Positions 49,394-59,009 of a stretch of 59,594 nt of DNA are shown in pieces (within the stretch, counting starts at the first letter, position 1; each line of letters begins with the position of its first letter). Position numbers and translations under genes: made by a program. Source of the stretch: an uncultured Phycisphaeraceae bacterium (GTDB lineage: Bacteria > Planctomycetota > Phycisphaerae > UBA1845); the NCBI GenBank assembly GCA_964416845.1, contig CAYQFV010000003.1, forward strand, positions 1 to 59,594, given 5' to 3'. The notes under the pieces were generated by a model. That model ran no database searches and had not been told where the DNA came from. It saw nothing but the letters and a program-made list of their open reading frames with translations.

Positions 49394-50797
49394 TCATGAG
49401 CGTTCTTGGCGGCCGGGTGCGGTATCGTCGCCACCGGTCGTAGAAGGCCGCCGCGGCGGTCTCTCGGACGTGGCGAACGTTTTCTTGCGCCGCAGGATGT
49501 GGTGGTAATGTTGTGCAAACCGGTGCGACTCGTCGCGAACTTGTTGCAACACTCTTAAGGCCTCATTGTTGCGAGAAAATCGCACCGGGGCGCTGCGGGC
49601 CTGAATGTAGACTTCCTCCATGCGCTTGGCGAGCGAGATGACCATGGGCGGCTGAATGTTCATTTCTTCAAACGCTTCTTGGGCAGCGTGAAGCTGCCCC
49701 AAACCGCCGTCGATCAGGATGACGTCCGGGTAGAGTTCTTCGCCGACGGCTGCGTGCCGATATCGCCGCGACACCACTTCACGAATGCTCGCGTAGTCGT
49801 CCGTGCCGATGACCGTCTGAATCTTGAATCTCCGGTATGCATTCTTGAACGGCTTGCCGTCAATGAAGCACACGAGAGAGCCCACGGTCTCCTCGCCCAT
49901 CAGATTGGCAATATCAATGCCTTCAATACAGCGAGGCGGGCGTTCCAGCCCTAGCAATGCGGCGAGCTTTTCGAGACCCTTCGCGGGATCGATGTAAAAC
50001 ACTTCCGGTTGGGCGTCGTCGACAACATCGCCGGACAGCGCCAACGAGTTGATCGCCTTGATTCGGTCTCTCAGGCGGGCAGCCTCTGCGTAATCGCGAT
50101 GGGACGAGGCCTCTTTCATTTCCTTGGTCATCTGCCGAACGACGACACTGCGTTTCGAGGCTAGGAACTTCTTCAACCGCTGAATGTCTTTCTTGTAGTC
50201 CTCCTTCGCAATCAACGCGGCGCACGGTGCAGTGCACTGGTTGATCGCATGCAGCAGGCAAGGCCGAAAGAACCGACGCGATTCGTCACCCTCTGCAATG
50301 TCAAGCTCGCACGTGCGAAACTTGAACACTCTTTGCAGGGCGTTGACTGCGTCCCGCACGCCGGACGGGCTGGAGAATGGCCCGTAGAGTTTACTGCCCT
50401 TCAGTCTTGGCGTGCGTGTTACGAATACAGCCGGAAAGTCGTCACGAGTCGTGATCTCAATGTAGGGGAAGGTCTTGTCGTCTTTCAGCATCGCGTTGAA
50501 CGGCGGCTGAATGTCCTTGATGAGACGGCTCTCTCGCAATAGGGCGTCCACTTCAGTATCGCAGTCGAGGAATGCGACATCGGTGACCATGGTGGCCATC
50601 CGGGCGATCTCCGGACCGCGAGTGTTGAGCAGGTCCGCGGACGGTTGAAAATAGCTGCTCACGCGAGAGCGCAAGTCCTTCGCCTTGCCGATGTACAGCA
50701 CACGGCCTTCGGCGTCCTCGAACAAGTACACGCCTGGCGACTTTGGAAGACTCGCGATCTTCTCGCGAATGCGATCGATTCGGTCTGCGTCATTCAT
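49394..50797 (-). CDS. uvrC: Excinuclease ABC subunit C (no C-terminal HhH)
   Basis: GIY-YIG PGVYLF...YIGKAKDLRSRV, UVR helix, EGIDIA, ILIDGGLGQL, RDESHRFA. Confidence 0.92.
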   Translation of the reverse strand: MNDADRIDRIREKIASLPKSPGVYLFEDAEGRVLYIGKAKDLRSRVSSYFQPSADLLNTRGPEIARMATMVTDVAFLDCDTEVDALLRESRLIKDIQPPFNAMLKDDKTFPYIEITTRDDFPAVFVTRTPRLKGSKLYGPFSSPSGVRDAVNALQRVFKFRTCELDIAEGDESRRFFRPCLLHAINQCTAPCAALIAKEDYKKDIQRLKKFLASKRSVVVRQMTKEMKEASSHRDYAEAARLRDRIKAINSLALSGDVVDDAQPEVFYIDPAKGLEKLAALLGLERPPRCIEGIDIANLMGEETVGSLVCFIDGKPFKNAYRRFKIQTVIGTDDYASIREVVSRRYRHAAVGEELYPDVILIDGGLGQLHAAQEAFEEMNIQPPMVISLAKRMEEVYIQARSAPVRFSRNNEALRVLQQVRDESHRFAQHYHHILRRKKTFATSERPPRRPSTTGGDDTAPGRQERS

Positions 50798-50947
50798 CGT
50801 CGATCATTCTATCGAATCGCACCATCCGGCGGTACTGAGAATCGACGACAACGCCCGCGTGTTGGGCGGGGGTTGGTGTGTGCTGACGCACGCGAGTAGG
50901 TGTTGGGGCGAGCGTGGAAACCGCTACGAACGTTTCAAGGAAAGGAT

Positions 50948-52147
50948 CTACTTTCGGGCCGGTATGATGCCCTCGGACGCGAGAGCAGCGACGTCGCCTT
51001 GGGGCAGACCGCTTTCGGTGAGGATGGATTCGGTGTGCTGGCTGTATCGCGGTGCAAAGGGATATTCCGCCGCGGCGCGATCCAGATCCACCGCGGGGGG
51101 CGGGAGCTTGATGGGCTTGCCGTCGGGGCGGCGCGTGGTGGTGAGTACCGGGGCGATCGCCTCCATGTCGCGAACCTGCTGAACGGTGTGGATCGGTGCA
51201 TGCGGTATCTTGTTCTTTGAGAACTCTCGTATCAGTTCTTCAGAGCAGCACGTAGCCGTGACGTTTGCGATGTCCTGGTGGATCGCCGCCCGCTGGGAGT
51301 GGCGGCCTGCGTTGGTGCGGCGAATCTCGCAGTTCAGCGACCGGAACTTCGGGAGTTCGACCAGCCGCAACCACTGCAGGTCGTTGCCGATGGCGATCAA
51401 GATGTGCCCATCCCGCGTGGGATAGACGTTGACGGGTATGAACTTGCGATGCTCGTTGCCGCAACGCGTCACCTCGAGCGTGTCGCAATCGCAGTCGAGC
51501 AAGGGGAGGGTGGTGATTAGCCAGGAGGCTGCTGCTTGCAGCATGGAGACGTGGATCGCACGGCCTTCACCGGTCTCCGCCCGTTCAGCGAGCGCGAGAC
51601 AGACGTTTGCGTAGACCTCATCGCCCGCCTTGAGGTCGACGATGGGTATGCCCGACAGCATGGGCGGTCCATTTGGATCGCCGGTTACCTCCATGAAGCC
51701 GGCCATCGCCTGGATGGCGGGATCGTATCCCGGCGTGTTCGGATATTGCGGTCCCATAGCGGAGATGCCGGCCCAGATGATGTCCGGCTTGGCCTCTTTG
51801 AGCGTATCGTAGTCGATCCCCAGCGCCTGATATCGCGCGGGGAGTGTGTTGCAGCAGAAGATGTCGACATGCAGCGTGGCGATCAACGTCTTGAGCAGCT
51901 CGCGACCCTTGGGGTGCTTGAGGTTCAGCGCGATGGCTTCTTTCCCTACATTCGGCGCGACGAAGTAGGAGCGCCGGTCGTCATCCGCAACCATGCCGCC
52001 GATGTAGCGATTGGGATCGCCGGGCAGGTCCGAACCGTCGGAAGTGGATTCCAGTCGAATGACGCGCCAACCCAGTTGCACAAACCGCAGCGTCGCATAA
52101 CTCAGGGAGAGCGCCTGTTCCATGGAGATGACCGTGCGGCGTTTCAT
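50948..52147 (-). CDS. Class III CoA-transferase (CaiB/BaiF), IaaL-like
   Basis: [36 protein letters not shown]. Confidence 0.85.
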   Translation of the reverse strand: MKRRTVISMEQALSLSYATLRFVQLGWRVIRLESTSDGSDLPGDPNRYIGGMVADDDRRSYFVAPNVGKEAIALNLKHPKGRELLKTLIATLHVDIFCCNTLPARYQALGIDYDTLKEAKPDIIWAGISAMGPQYPNTPGYDPAIQAMAGFMEVTGDPNGPPMLSGIPIVDLKAGDEVYANVCLALAERAETGEGRAIHVSMLQAAASWLITTLPLLDCDCDTLEVTRCGNEHRKFIPVNVYPTRDGHILIAIGNDLQWLRLVELPKFRSLNCEIRRTNAGRHSQRAAIHQDIANVTATCCSEELIREFSKNKIPHAPIHTVQQVRDMEAIAPVLTTTRRPDGKPIKLPPPAVDLDRAAAEYPFAPRYSQHTESILTESGLPQGDVAALASEGIIPARK

Positions 52148-54465
52148 GGGCGTTGCCCATCCCGCTGTTTCAACCCGCGTAGAACTCGTTCCGGGGTTAG
52201 TGGCAACTCGTAGAACCTGACACCGGTTGCATTGTACAGAGCGTTGACGATCGCCGCGGCGGTGCAGATGGCCGGCGCTTCGCCGACGCCCTTCGCCCCG
52301 ACCGGCCCCTCGGGGTCGTTGGTCTCGATGAAGTGCATGTCGATCTGCGGGATTTCCGGAGCGGTGACCAACTTGTAGTCGCGGAAGCTTGGGTTCTGCA
52401 CTCGACCATCCTTCACGATCAGGTGTTCCGCGATCGCGTACCCCATGCCCATCACCACGCCGCCCTCGATCTGTCCTTCGATGCCCATCGCGTTGATCAC
52501 CCTGCCGACATCGTGGGCTGATGTCACCTTCAGGATGCGGATGACGCCGGTGCGGGTGTCGACCTCCAACTCCACAACTTGCGTGCCGAACGCATACGAA
52601 GCGGAGACGTCGCCTTTGAATTCGCCGTCCTGCATGACGCTGGGTGGCTCATAGTAGTCGGAGGTGATGACCACGTCGTTCTTGCGGGCGAAGTGCAGCG
52701 AACGAATGAGTTTGCCGAGTTCCAGCAGCGGCTCACCGGTTTCTTGCGTAACAACCCGTCCCTTCCGCAAGTCGAGCGTGCCGGGATCGACCGTAAGTTT
52801 CTCGCCGGCTGCTTTGAGCAGCTTGTCCTTCGCTTTGCGGGCGGCGCCTCTCGCAGAGTTCCCGGCGATGAACGTGGTGCGGCTGGCGTGGACGCCCACG
52901 TCCCATGGCGTGATTTCGGTATCGTTGTTGATGACGGAGATGGCGGAGACCGGCAGGCCAAGTTCCTCGCCGACCAATTGCGCAATGACCGTTTCGGATC
53001 CCTGGCCTATCTCGGTCGAGCCGGTGATCACCGTGACGTGTGCGTGATCGTCAATCTTCAGAATCGTGCCGCACCCGTCTGAGCGATAAATCTTCGCCCC
53101 GCCGCCCACATGGAGCAACGACGCCATCCCAATGCCACGCTTGATGGGACAACATGCGCTGGTCGGGGTGGCCTGAGCTTCGAGATTCGCATCGTGGCGA
53201 GTGACGAACCGGCTGTTTTCGGTTGCGGCGTTCAAGCACTGGGACAAGCCGCACGTGCGAAACACCATGCCCTGCGGCGTGGTTTCTCCCGTCTGCTGAG
53301 CGTTGTGCAGGCGAAATGCCAACGGGTCCATGCCGACCGCCTCGGCCAACTTGTCCATGTGCGACTCGACGGCGAACGTCGCTTGCAGATTGCCGAAACC
53401 GCGGAATGAGCCGCTGTAAGGATTGTTCGTGTACACGACGGTGGTGTGATAGCGACAGTGCGGCACACGATACAGAGACGACACCGTCTGCATGATGACA
53501 AAAGGCGTGGTCGCGCCCCAGGATGTGTAGCCGCCGTTGTCGTGCAACGTCCGACAGTCTCGAAACGTGAGCGTGCCGTCCTTCGCCACGCCGCTGCGTA
53601 AGGTCAGCTCCACCGGCTGGCGTGTCGGAGAAGCCAGAAATTCCTCTTCTCGTGAAAACAGCAGGCGTACCGGTCGGCGGGTTGCTCTTGCCAGGAAGAT
53701 GCAGATCGGCTCGAACGGGTAGATGTCCAGTTTGCTGCCGAACGCTCCGCCGATGACCGGCTGAATCACGCGGATCTTCTCCGGCGGAACATCGATGACT
53801 GGCGCGATTTCTTTCTTGTAGAGGAACGGAACCTGGGTCTGCGAGTGGACGGTGAGGTTGCCCTCGGAATCGAATTGGGCGACCACGCCGCTGACCCCCA
53901 TGCAGCAGTGGGCCACGAAGTGCAATCGAAAAGTGTCCTCGATCACGATGGCTGATTCAGCCTCACCTCGGGCGATGTCGCCATGGCTGTAGTCGTACGT
54001 GAAGGGAACGTTGGTCGGATGCTGGTCATGGATGACGGGCGCTCCGTCCTGAAGCGCCTCCGCAGGCGAGAAAACGGCTGGCAGGTCTTCGTAGTCGACG
54101 TCGATCAGCTTGATCGCCTGCTCGGCGATGTCTTGCGTTTCGGCAGCCACGGCGGCAATCTCATCGCGCTCGCAGCGCACCTTGTCCCGTTTGAGCGGCG
54201 GGTTGTCCCTGCCATGACCGAGCCCCACACCGGGTGTGTCAGCCGCAGTGATGACCGCGTGAACTCCGGGCAACGCCCTCGCCGCACTGGTGTCGATGCG
54301 GACGATTCGCGCGTGCACGCGTTCACTTCGCAGAATCTTGCCGACCAGCATTCCCGGCAGATCGACGTCATGGACGTACTGCGCAGCCCCGGTGACCTTC
54401 TTGGGAGCGTCGAGCTTGGGCACGCGCTTGCCGATCAGTGTTTCTTTCTCGACGGCGGTGGTCAT
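52144..54465 (-). CDS. Xanthine dehydrogenase family molybdopterin subunit, IaaK-like
   Basis: [37 protein letters not shown]; start at ATG 54465. Confidence 0.9.
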   Translation of the reverse strand: MTTAVEKETLIGKRVPKLDAPKKVTGAAQYVHDVDLPGMLVGKILRSERVHARIVRIDTSAARALPGVHAVITAADTPGVGLGHGRDNPPLKRDKVRCERDEIAAVAAETQDIAEQAIKLIDVDYEDLPAVFSPAEALQDGAPVIHDQHPTNVPFTYDYSHGDIARGEAESAIVIEDTFRLHFVAHCCMGVSGVVAQFDSEGNLTVHSQTQVPFLYKKEIAPVIDVPPEKIRVIQPVIGGAFGSKLDIYPFEPICIFLARATRRPVRLLFSREEEFLASPTRQPVELTLRSGVAKDGTLTFRDCRTLHDNGGYTSWGATTPFVIMQTVSSLYRVPHCRYHTTVVYTNNPYSGSFRGFGNLQATFAVESHMDKLAEAVGMDPLAFRLHNAQQTGETTPQGMVFRTCGLSQCLNAATENSRFVTRHDANLEAQATPTSACCPIKRGIGMASLLHVGGGAKIYRSDGCGTILKIDDHAHVTVITGSTEIGQGSETVIAQLVGEELGLPVSAISVINNDTEITPWDVGVHASRTTFIAGNSARGAARKAKDKLLKAAGEKLTVDPGTLDLRKGRVVTQETGEPLLELGKLIRSLHFARKNDVVITSDYYEPPSVMQDGEFKGDVSASYAFGTQVVELEVDTRTGVIRILKVTSAHDVGRVINAMGIEGQIEGGVVMGMGYAIAEHLIVKDGRVQNPSFRDYKLVTAPEIPQIDMHFIETNDPEGPVGAKGVGEAPAICTAAAIVNALYNATGVRFYELPLTPERVLRGLKQRDGQRP

Positions 54466-54959
54466 ACGTGTTCCCTCGACGATGGCCGATTGCGGTCCAG
54501 CGCTGCCGCGATGGCATCGATGATTTTGTGATAGCCGGTACAGCGACACAGGTTGCCTTCGATGCCGCGTTTGATCTGGTCGACGCTGAGATTCGCATCC
54601 CGATTCAAGAGGGATGTGCCCTGCATAATCACACCCGGTGTGCAGAATCCGCACTGGGTTGCTCCGCGTTCGACGAACGCCCGTTGCATCGCGGACAGTC
54701 CGTCGGCAGTCTGCACGCCTTCGATCGTGGTCAGCCTCCGCCCGTCGCAGTCGACGGCAAACATCAGGCAGGCGTTCACAGTCTTTCCGTCAACGAGAAT
54801 CGTGCACGCTCCACACTCGCCTTCGCCGCATCCGTACTTGGTTCCAGTCAGTCTCAACTCGTCGCGGAGCATGGTTAGCGTGTCCGTGGTGACCGGCACG
54901 TCAACACACACTGCATTGCCGTTGAGCGTGAAACTAATCTCTTGCTTGATGCACTTCAT
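54462..54959 (-). CDS. Xanthine dehydrogenase family 2x(2Fe-2S) subunit, IaaJ-like
   Basis: GCGEGECGAC...C and QCGFC...NLCRC. Confidence 0.93.
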   Translation of the reverse strand: MKCIKQEISFTLNGNAVCVDVPVTTDTLTMLRDELRLTGTKYGCGEGECGACTILVDGKTVNACLMFAVDCDGRRLTTIEGVQTADGLSAMQRAFVERGATQCGFCTPGVIMQGTSLLNRDANLSVDQIKRGIEGNLCRCTGYHKIIDAIAAALDRNRPSSREHV

Positions 54960-55806
54960 GCAGCAACCGTTCCGTCAATTCACGAATCAACTGCGTTCGA
55001 TACCACGCCGACGCACGCACGTCGGAAATCGGCGAAACCTCCTGCGCAGCCACCTGCGCGACTTCCGCGATGTGGGTGTCGTCCAGCGCGACGTCTGCCA
55101 GGGCAGCCTCGGTTTTGCGCCCGCGAATCGGAGTCGGCGCGACCGCCCCAAACGCAACCCGAGCATCCTTGAAGGAGCCGTTCTCCTTCACGCCCGCGAG
55201 TCCGACCGAGACCACGGCGATATCCAGCGCCGGCCGGGTACCGAACTTGTGGAATCTGCACACTGTGTGCGGCTTGGGCAGGGGAAACTCGACCGCCGAC
55301 AGAACCTCATCACACTCGATACGAGTCTTGCCCGGGCCGACGAAAAAATCGCAGAGCGGCACGCGACGGCACACCACGCAGCCGTTTCGCCACGATGCTA
55401 ACTCGACTTCAGCGTCCAGCAAAAGCAACGGAATAATCATGTCACCTGCGGGGGAAGCGTTGCAGATGTTGCCGCCGATGGTGGCTGCGTTACGCACCTG
55501 CCCGCTGGCGAAGCAATCCGCCGCCTGAACCACGACATTGGCCGCCTGTCTGAGAAACTCGCTGGCGAGAATATCAGTGATTGACGTCAGCCCACCGATG
55601 CGAACTACATCGTCCGATTCACTGATACCCCGGAGATCGGCAATGCGGTTGACGTTGACCAGTGTCGGTCGAAGCGGACGCGCGCCGGCGCGCATCTGTG
55701 GCAAGACGTCCGTCCCGCCGGCGAACATCGTCGCCGGGCCTTCGGCGAGGATCTGCGTCACCTCGAGGAGCGATTCGGGGACTTCGTATCGTTCGACAAC
55801 TTCCAT
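54934..55806 (-). CDS. Xanthine dehydrogenase family FAD subunit, IaaI-like
   Basis: AGGTD, QVRNAATIGGNICNASPAGD, GAVAPTP; no 4Fe-4S insertion. Confidence 0.92.
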   Translation of the reverse strand: MEVVERYEVPESLLEVTQILAEGPATMFAGGTDVLPQMRAGARPLRPTLVNVNRIADLRGISESDDVVRIGGLTSITDILASEFLRQAANVVVQAADCFASGQVRNAATIGGNICNASPAGDMIIPLLLLDAEVELASWRNGCVVCRRVPLCDFFVGPGKTRIECDEVLSAVEFPLPKPHTVCRFHKFGTRPALDIAVVSVGLAGVKENGSFKDARVAFGAVAPTPIRGRKTEAALADVALDDTHIAEVAQVAAQEVSPISDVRASAWYRTQLIRELTERLLHEVHQARD

Positions 55807-55859
55807 AGTCCTACCGTTCAGATGACCGGCCGAGTCGCGGATTCAATCCTAACCAGCCA

Positions 55860-57470
55860 CTAGACACGCACCGGCTCCTCGTATCGTCCGTAGACTTCAA
55901 CCAAACATGCGGTCAGTTCGCCGACGGTGGCATACGCTTGGACGGCGTCGATGATTGCAGGCATGACGTTCCGCCCGGCGGATGCGTCATCGCGAACCCG
56001 CTGCAAAGTACGTTTTACGTCGTTGTTGTTCCGTTCAGCTTTGATACGCTCCAAACGCTGTACCCGCTCGGCACAAGCGCTTTCGCTGAACGAATGAAAC
56101 TCGACCTGTTGCTGCTCCTCTTCGACGCGGTAGCAGTTCTTTCCAACCTTTCGAATCTCGCCGCTTTCCAGCTTCTTTTCCCGTTCGTAGGCCTGTTTCG
56201 ACACCTCATTCTGAATGTGGCCTTCGGCGATGCCGCGAACAATGCCGCCCCGCTCGTCGACTTCCTTCATCTCCGCCCGAATCTTCTCTTCCATCTGATT
56301 CGTCAAGGTCTCGACGTAGTACGACCCCGCGAGCGGATCGACCGTGTCGCACAAGCCCATCTCTTCCATCAGTATCTGCATCGTACGCAGTGAAATCCGC
56401 GAAGCCTTCTCCGACGGAATCGTGTATGCCTCGTCGTAACAGCACAAAGCCATCGTCTGCGTTCCGGACAGAGCGCTGATCAGCGCGTAGTACGCGCCGC
56501 GAACGATGTTGTTCTCAGGCTGTTCAATGGTCAGACCGGCTCCGCCGCCGCCGGCGATCATGCGCATCCACATCGAGCGCGGGTCTTGGGCGTCGTACTC
56601 GTTCTTGATGATCTTCGCCCAGCACCGACGTCCGGCGCGAAACTTGGCGACCTGTTCGAACAGATTGCCGTGCAGATCGAAGTTGAACGACAGCCGCGAG
56701 GCGAAATCATCGATCTTCAGGCCTCTCTCCAGCAAATGGTCGATGTACGCCCGGGCGATGCAGAACGCGTAGGCCATCTCCTGCACTGGAGTCGCTCCGG
56801 ACTCGCGGATGTGGTAGCCACACACGCTCACCGGGCTGTAGAGCGGGGCGTGCTCCGCACAGTACAAGACCGTGTCGCCCACCAGCTTGATCGACGGCTC
56901 AACTGGGAAGACCCACGTGCCGCGACCGATGAACTCCTTGAGGATATCATTCTGGGCCGTTCCGCGCAGTTTTCGAATGTCGTATCCGCGCTTCTGGGCC
57001 ACGGCAAAATACATCGCGATCAGTGTGGCCGCTGCTCCGTTGATGGTGAGAGAGACAGTGATTTTCTCAAGGTCAATGCCATCGAACGCGGTCTCGAGAT
57101 CCTCCAGCGTGTCGACCGCCATCCCCACGCGGCCGACCTCTCCTGCAGCGGCGGGATCGTCGGAGTCCAGTCCGTTCTGGGTCGGCAGATCGAACGCCAC
57201 GTTCAATCCCGTCTGTCCGTTGTCGATCAGATAGCGGAAGCGCTTGTTCGTTTCCTGCGGCTGGCCGAAGCCGGCGTACTGCCGCATGGTCCAGGGTCGC
57301 CGGCGATACATGTACTTGTGAATGCCGCGCGTGAACGGAAACTCGCCGGGATCGCCGATGTCGTCAACGCCACCGCTGGCCTCGACGTCGGCCGGCGTGT
57401 AGATCGGCTTAATCTCCAGGTTCGACTCGTTGACCAGCGGTTCGATATCCGGCGCTTTCTTGCGATTCAT
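55860..57470 (-). CDS. Coenzyme B12-dependent acyl-CoA mutase, substrate-binding subunit, IaaH-like
   Basis: PFTRG, WTMRQYAGF, QNDILKE, GYHIRE, DPLAGSYYVE; atypical pocket residues. Confidence 0.9.
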   Translation of the reverse strand: MNRKKAPDIEPLVNESNLEIKPIYTPADVEASGGVDDIGDPGEFPFTRGIHKYMYRRRPWTMRQYAGFGQPQETNKRFRYLIDNGQTGLNVAFDLPTQNGLDSDDPAAAGEVGRVGMAVDTLEDLETAFDGIDLEKITVSLTINGAAATLIAMYFAVAQKRGYDIRKLRGTAQNDILKEFIGRGTWVFPVEPSIKLVGDTVLYCAEHAPLYSPVSVCGYHIRESGATPVQEMAYAFCIARAYIDHLLERGLKIDDFASRLSFNFDLHGNLFEQVAKFRAGRRCWAKIIKNEYDAQDPRSMWMRMIAGGGGAGLTIEQPENNIVRGAYYALISALSGTQTMALCCYDEAYTIPSEKASRISLRTMQILMEEMGLCDTVDPLAGSYYVETLTNQMEEKIRAEMKEVDERGGIVRGIAEGHIQNEVSKQAYEREKKLESGEIRKVGKNCYRVEEEQQQVEFHSFSESACAERVQRLERIKAERNNNDVKRTLQRVRDDASAGRNVMPAIIDAVQAYATVGELTACLVEVYGRYEEPVRV

Positions 57471-57868
57471 CGTACGTTCTCACGAATGAAATCAGCGATG
57501 GCTTGCATCTGCGTACCGACGGCGAAGACTGCATCAACGCCGAGTTCCTTCAGGCGTGCATGATCCCGCTCGGGGATGTTACCGCCAACGATCCACAGCA
57601 TGTCGCTCGCCCCGTGGTTCCGCATCAGTTGTGAGACTTGTTCGCAAATGGGGATGTGCGAACCGGAGAGAATTGACAGCCCCAGTACGTCCGCTCTCTC
57701 CTCAACGGCGCGACGGACGATCTGTTCGGGCGTTTTCTTCAGGCCGGTGTAGACCACGTCAAAACCCGCATCCATCAGCACGCGAGCGACGACTTTCGCA
57801 CCCACGTCGTGACCGTCCAGGCCGGGCTTGGCCAGCAGAACCCTGATTCGCTTCTCCCGGTCGCTCAT
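57467..57868 (-). CDS. Cobalamin-binding mutase small subunit, IaaG-like
   Basis: KPGLDGHDVGAK (DxHxxG), GLSILSGSH, VGG. Confidence 0.93.
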   Translation of the reverse strand: MSDREKRIRVLLAKPGLDGHDVGAKVVARVLMDAGFDVVYTGLKKTPEQIVRRAVEERADVLGLSILSGSHIPICEQVSQLMRNHGASDMLWIVGGNIPERDHARLKELGVDAVFAVGTQMQAIADFIRENVR

Positions 57869-58995
57869 GCCGTCAGATCCTTTGCAATGATCAGCTTGTT
57901 GATCTCGCTGGTCCCGCCGCCGTAGAGCGTGAAACGAATGTCGCGCAAGTAACGCTGAGCGGCGAATTCCTTGGCGTAACCGTACGAGCCGAGGATGCGG
58001 GTCGCGTGATCACAGGTCTCGACGGCCCGCTCGGTCGCGAACAACTTGGCCATCGACGCTTCGCGCGTGCATGGTCGACCCTGATCCCTCAGCCACGCCG
58101 AGTAGTGGACCAGATGCGTGGCAGCTTCGAGGTTCGTCGCCATGTCGGCAAGCTGCATCTGAATCGCCTGAAACTTGTTGATCGGTCTCCCGAACTGCCG
58201 GCGCTGCGCGGAGTACGCTAGCGCGTCTTGCAAAGCAGCACCAGCCACACCGTTGGCGAGTGCTCCGGTCATGATCCGAATGTCGGCCAGGATTTCTCTC
58301 AAAAGGCGTTCGCCTTCGCCTTCTTCGCCAAGCCGGTGATCCTCCGGGACGAAACAATTCTCGAAGAACACTTCGGACGTCGGGGAGGCGAGGCAACCCA
58401 TCTTTTCGATCGCCCTGCCGACTTTGAGTCCGGCGAATTCCTTTTCCACAAGGAAGATCGTCAGACGTTTGTCCTCGCCGCTACGGGCAAACACGGTGAA
58501 GAAGTCCGCCAGCGGCGCCGAGGTGATCCACGTCTTCTGGCCGTTGAGGCGATATCCGCCCTCGACCTTCTCAGCAAACGTGACGATGGCCGACAGGTCG
58601 CTGCCTGCATCGGGTTCGGTGATACAGATCGTTCCGATCTTCTCGCCACGAATCGCGGGCTTGAGCAATCGTTCGTGAACGTCGTCGTTGCCAAGGGCGA
58701 ACAGGAAGTGCGTGCCCATCAGGGATTGCATGGCTGCCCCGGCTGCGACGGAGAGGGAACCGCGGGCGACTTCGCTGATCGCCAGGCAGAAACTCAAGAG
58801 ATTCTGCCCCGCGCCTCCGAGCACTTCGGGATACCGCAGGCCAAACAAGCCCAGGTCGGCTAGTTCCCCGAACAGTTCCCTGGGAAATTCGCCGGCCTCA
58901 TCAATGGCTGCTGCCTGCGGCTTGATCCGCTCATCGCAGAAGCGACTGAACGTGTCCCGCAGGAGCTGCTGATCTTGTGATAGCTCAAAATCCAT
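57865..58995 (-). CDS. Acyl-CoA dehydrogenase family protein lacking catalytic Glu, IaaF-like
   Basis: ITEPDAGSD, LNGQKTWIT, QFGRPI, FQAIQ, LGSYGY, YGGGTSEI. Confidence 0.88.
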   Translation of the reverse strand: MDFELSQDQQLLRDTFSRFCDERIKPQAAAIDEAGEFPRELFGELADLGLFGLRYPEVLGGAGQNLLSFCLAISEVARGSLSVAAGAAMQSLMGTHFLFALGNDDVHERLLKPAIRGEKIGTICITEPDAGSDLSAIVTFAEKVEGGYRLNGQKTWITSAPLADFFTVFARSGEDKRLTIFLVEKEFAGLKVGRAIEKMGCLASPTSEVFFENCFVPEDHRLGEEGEGERLLREILADIRIMTGALANGVAGAALQDALAYSAQRRQFGRPINKFQAIQMQLADMATNLEAATHLVHYSAWLRDQGRPCTREASMAKLFATERAVETCDHATRILGSYGYAKEFAAQRYLRDIRFTLYGGGTSEINKLIIAKDLTA

Positions 58996-59009
58996 TATCG
59001 CATCGTTCT

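Noticed and set aside
52144-55806. Aerobic CO dehydrogenase or 4-hydroxybenzoyl-CoA reductase
   Set aside because: CoxL active-site loop absent; FAD subunit lacks the HcrB 4Fe-4S insertion after GGN
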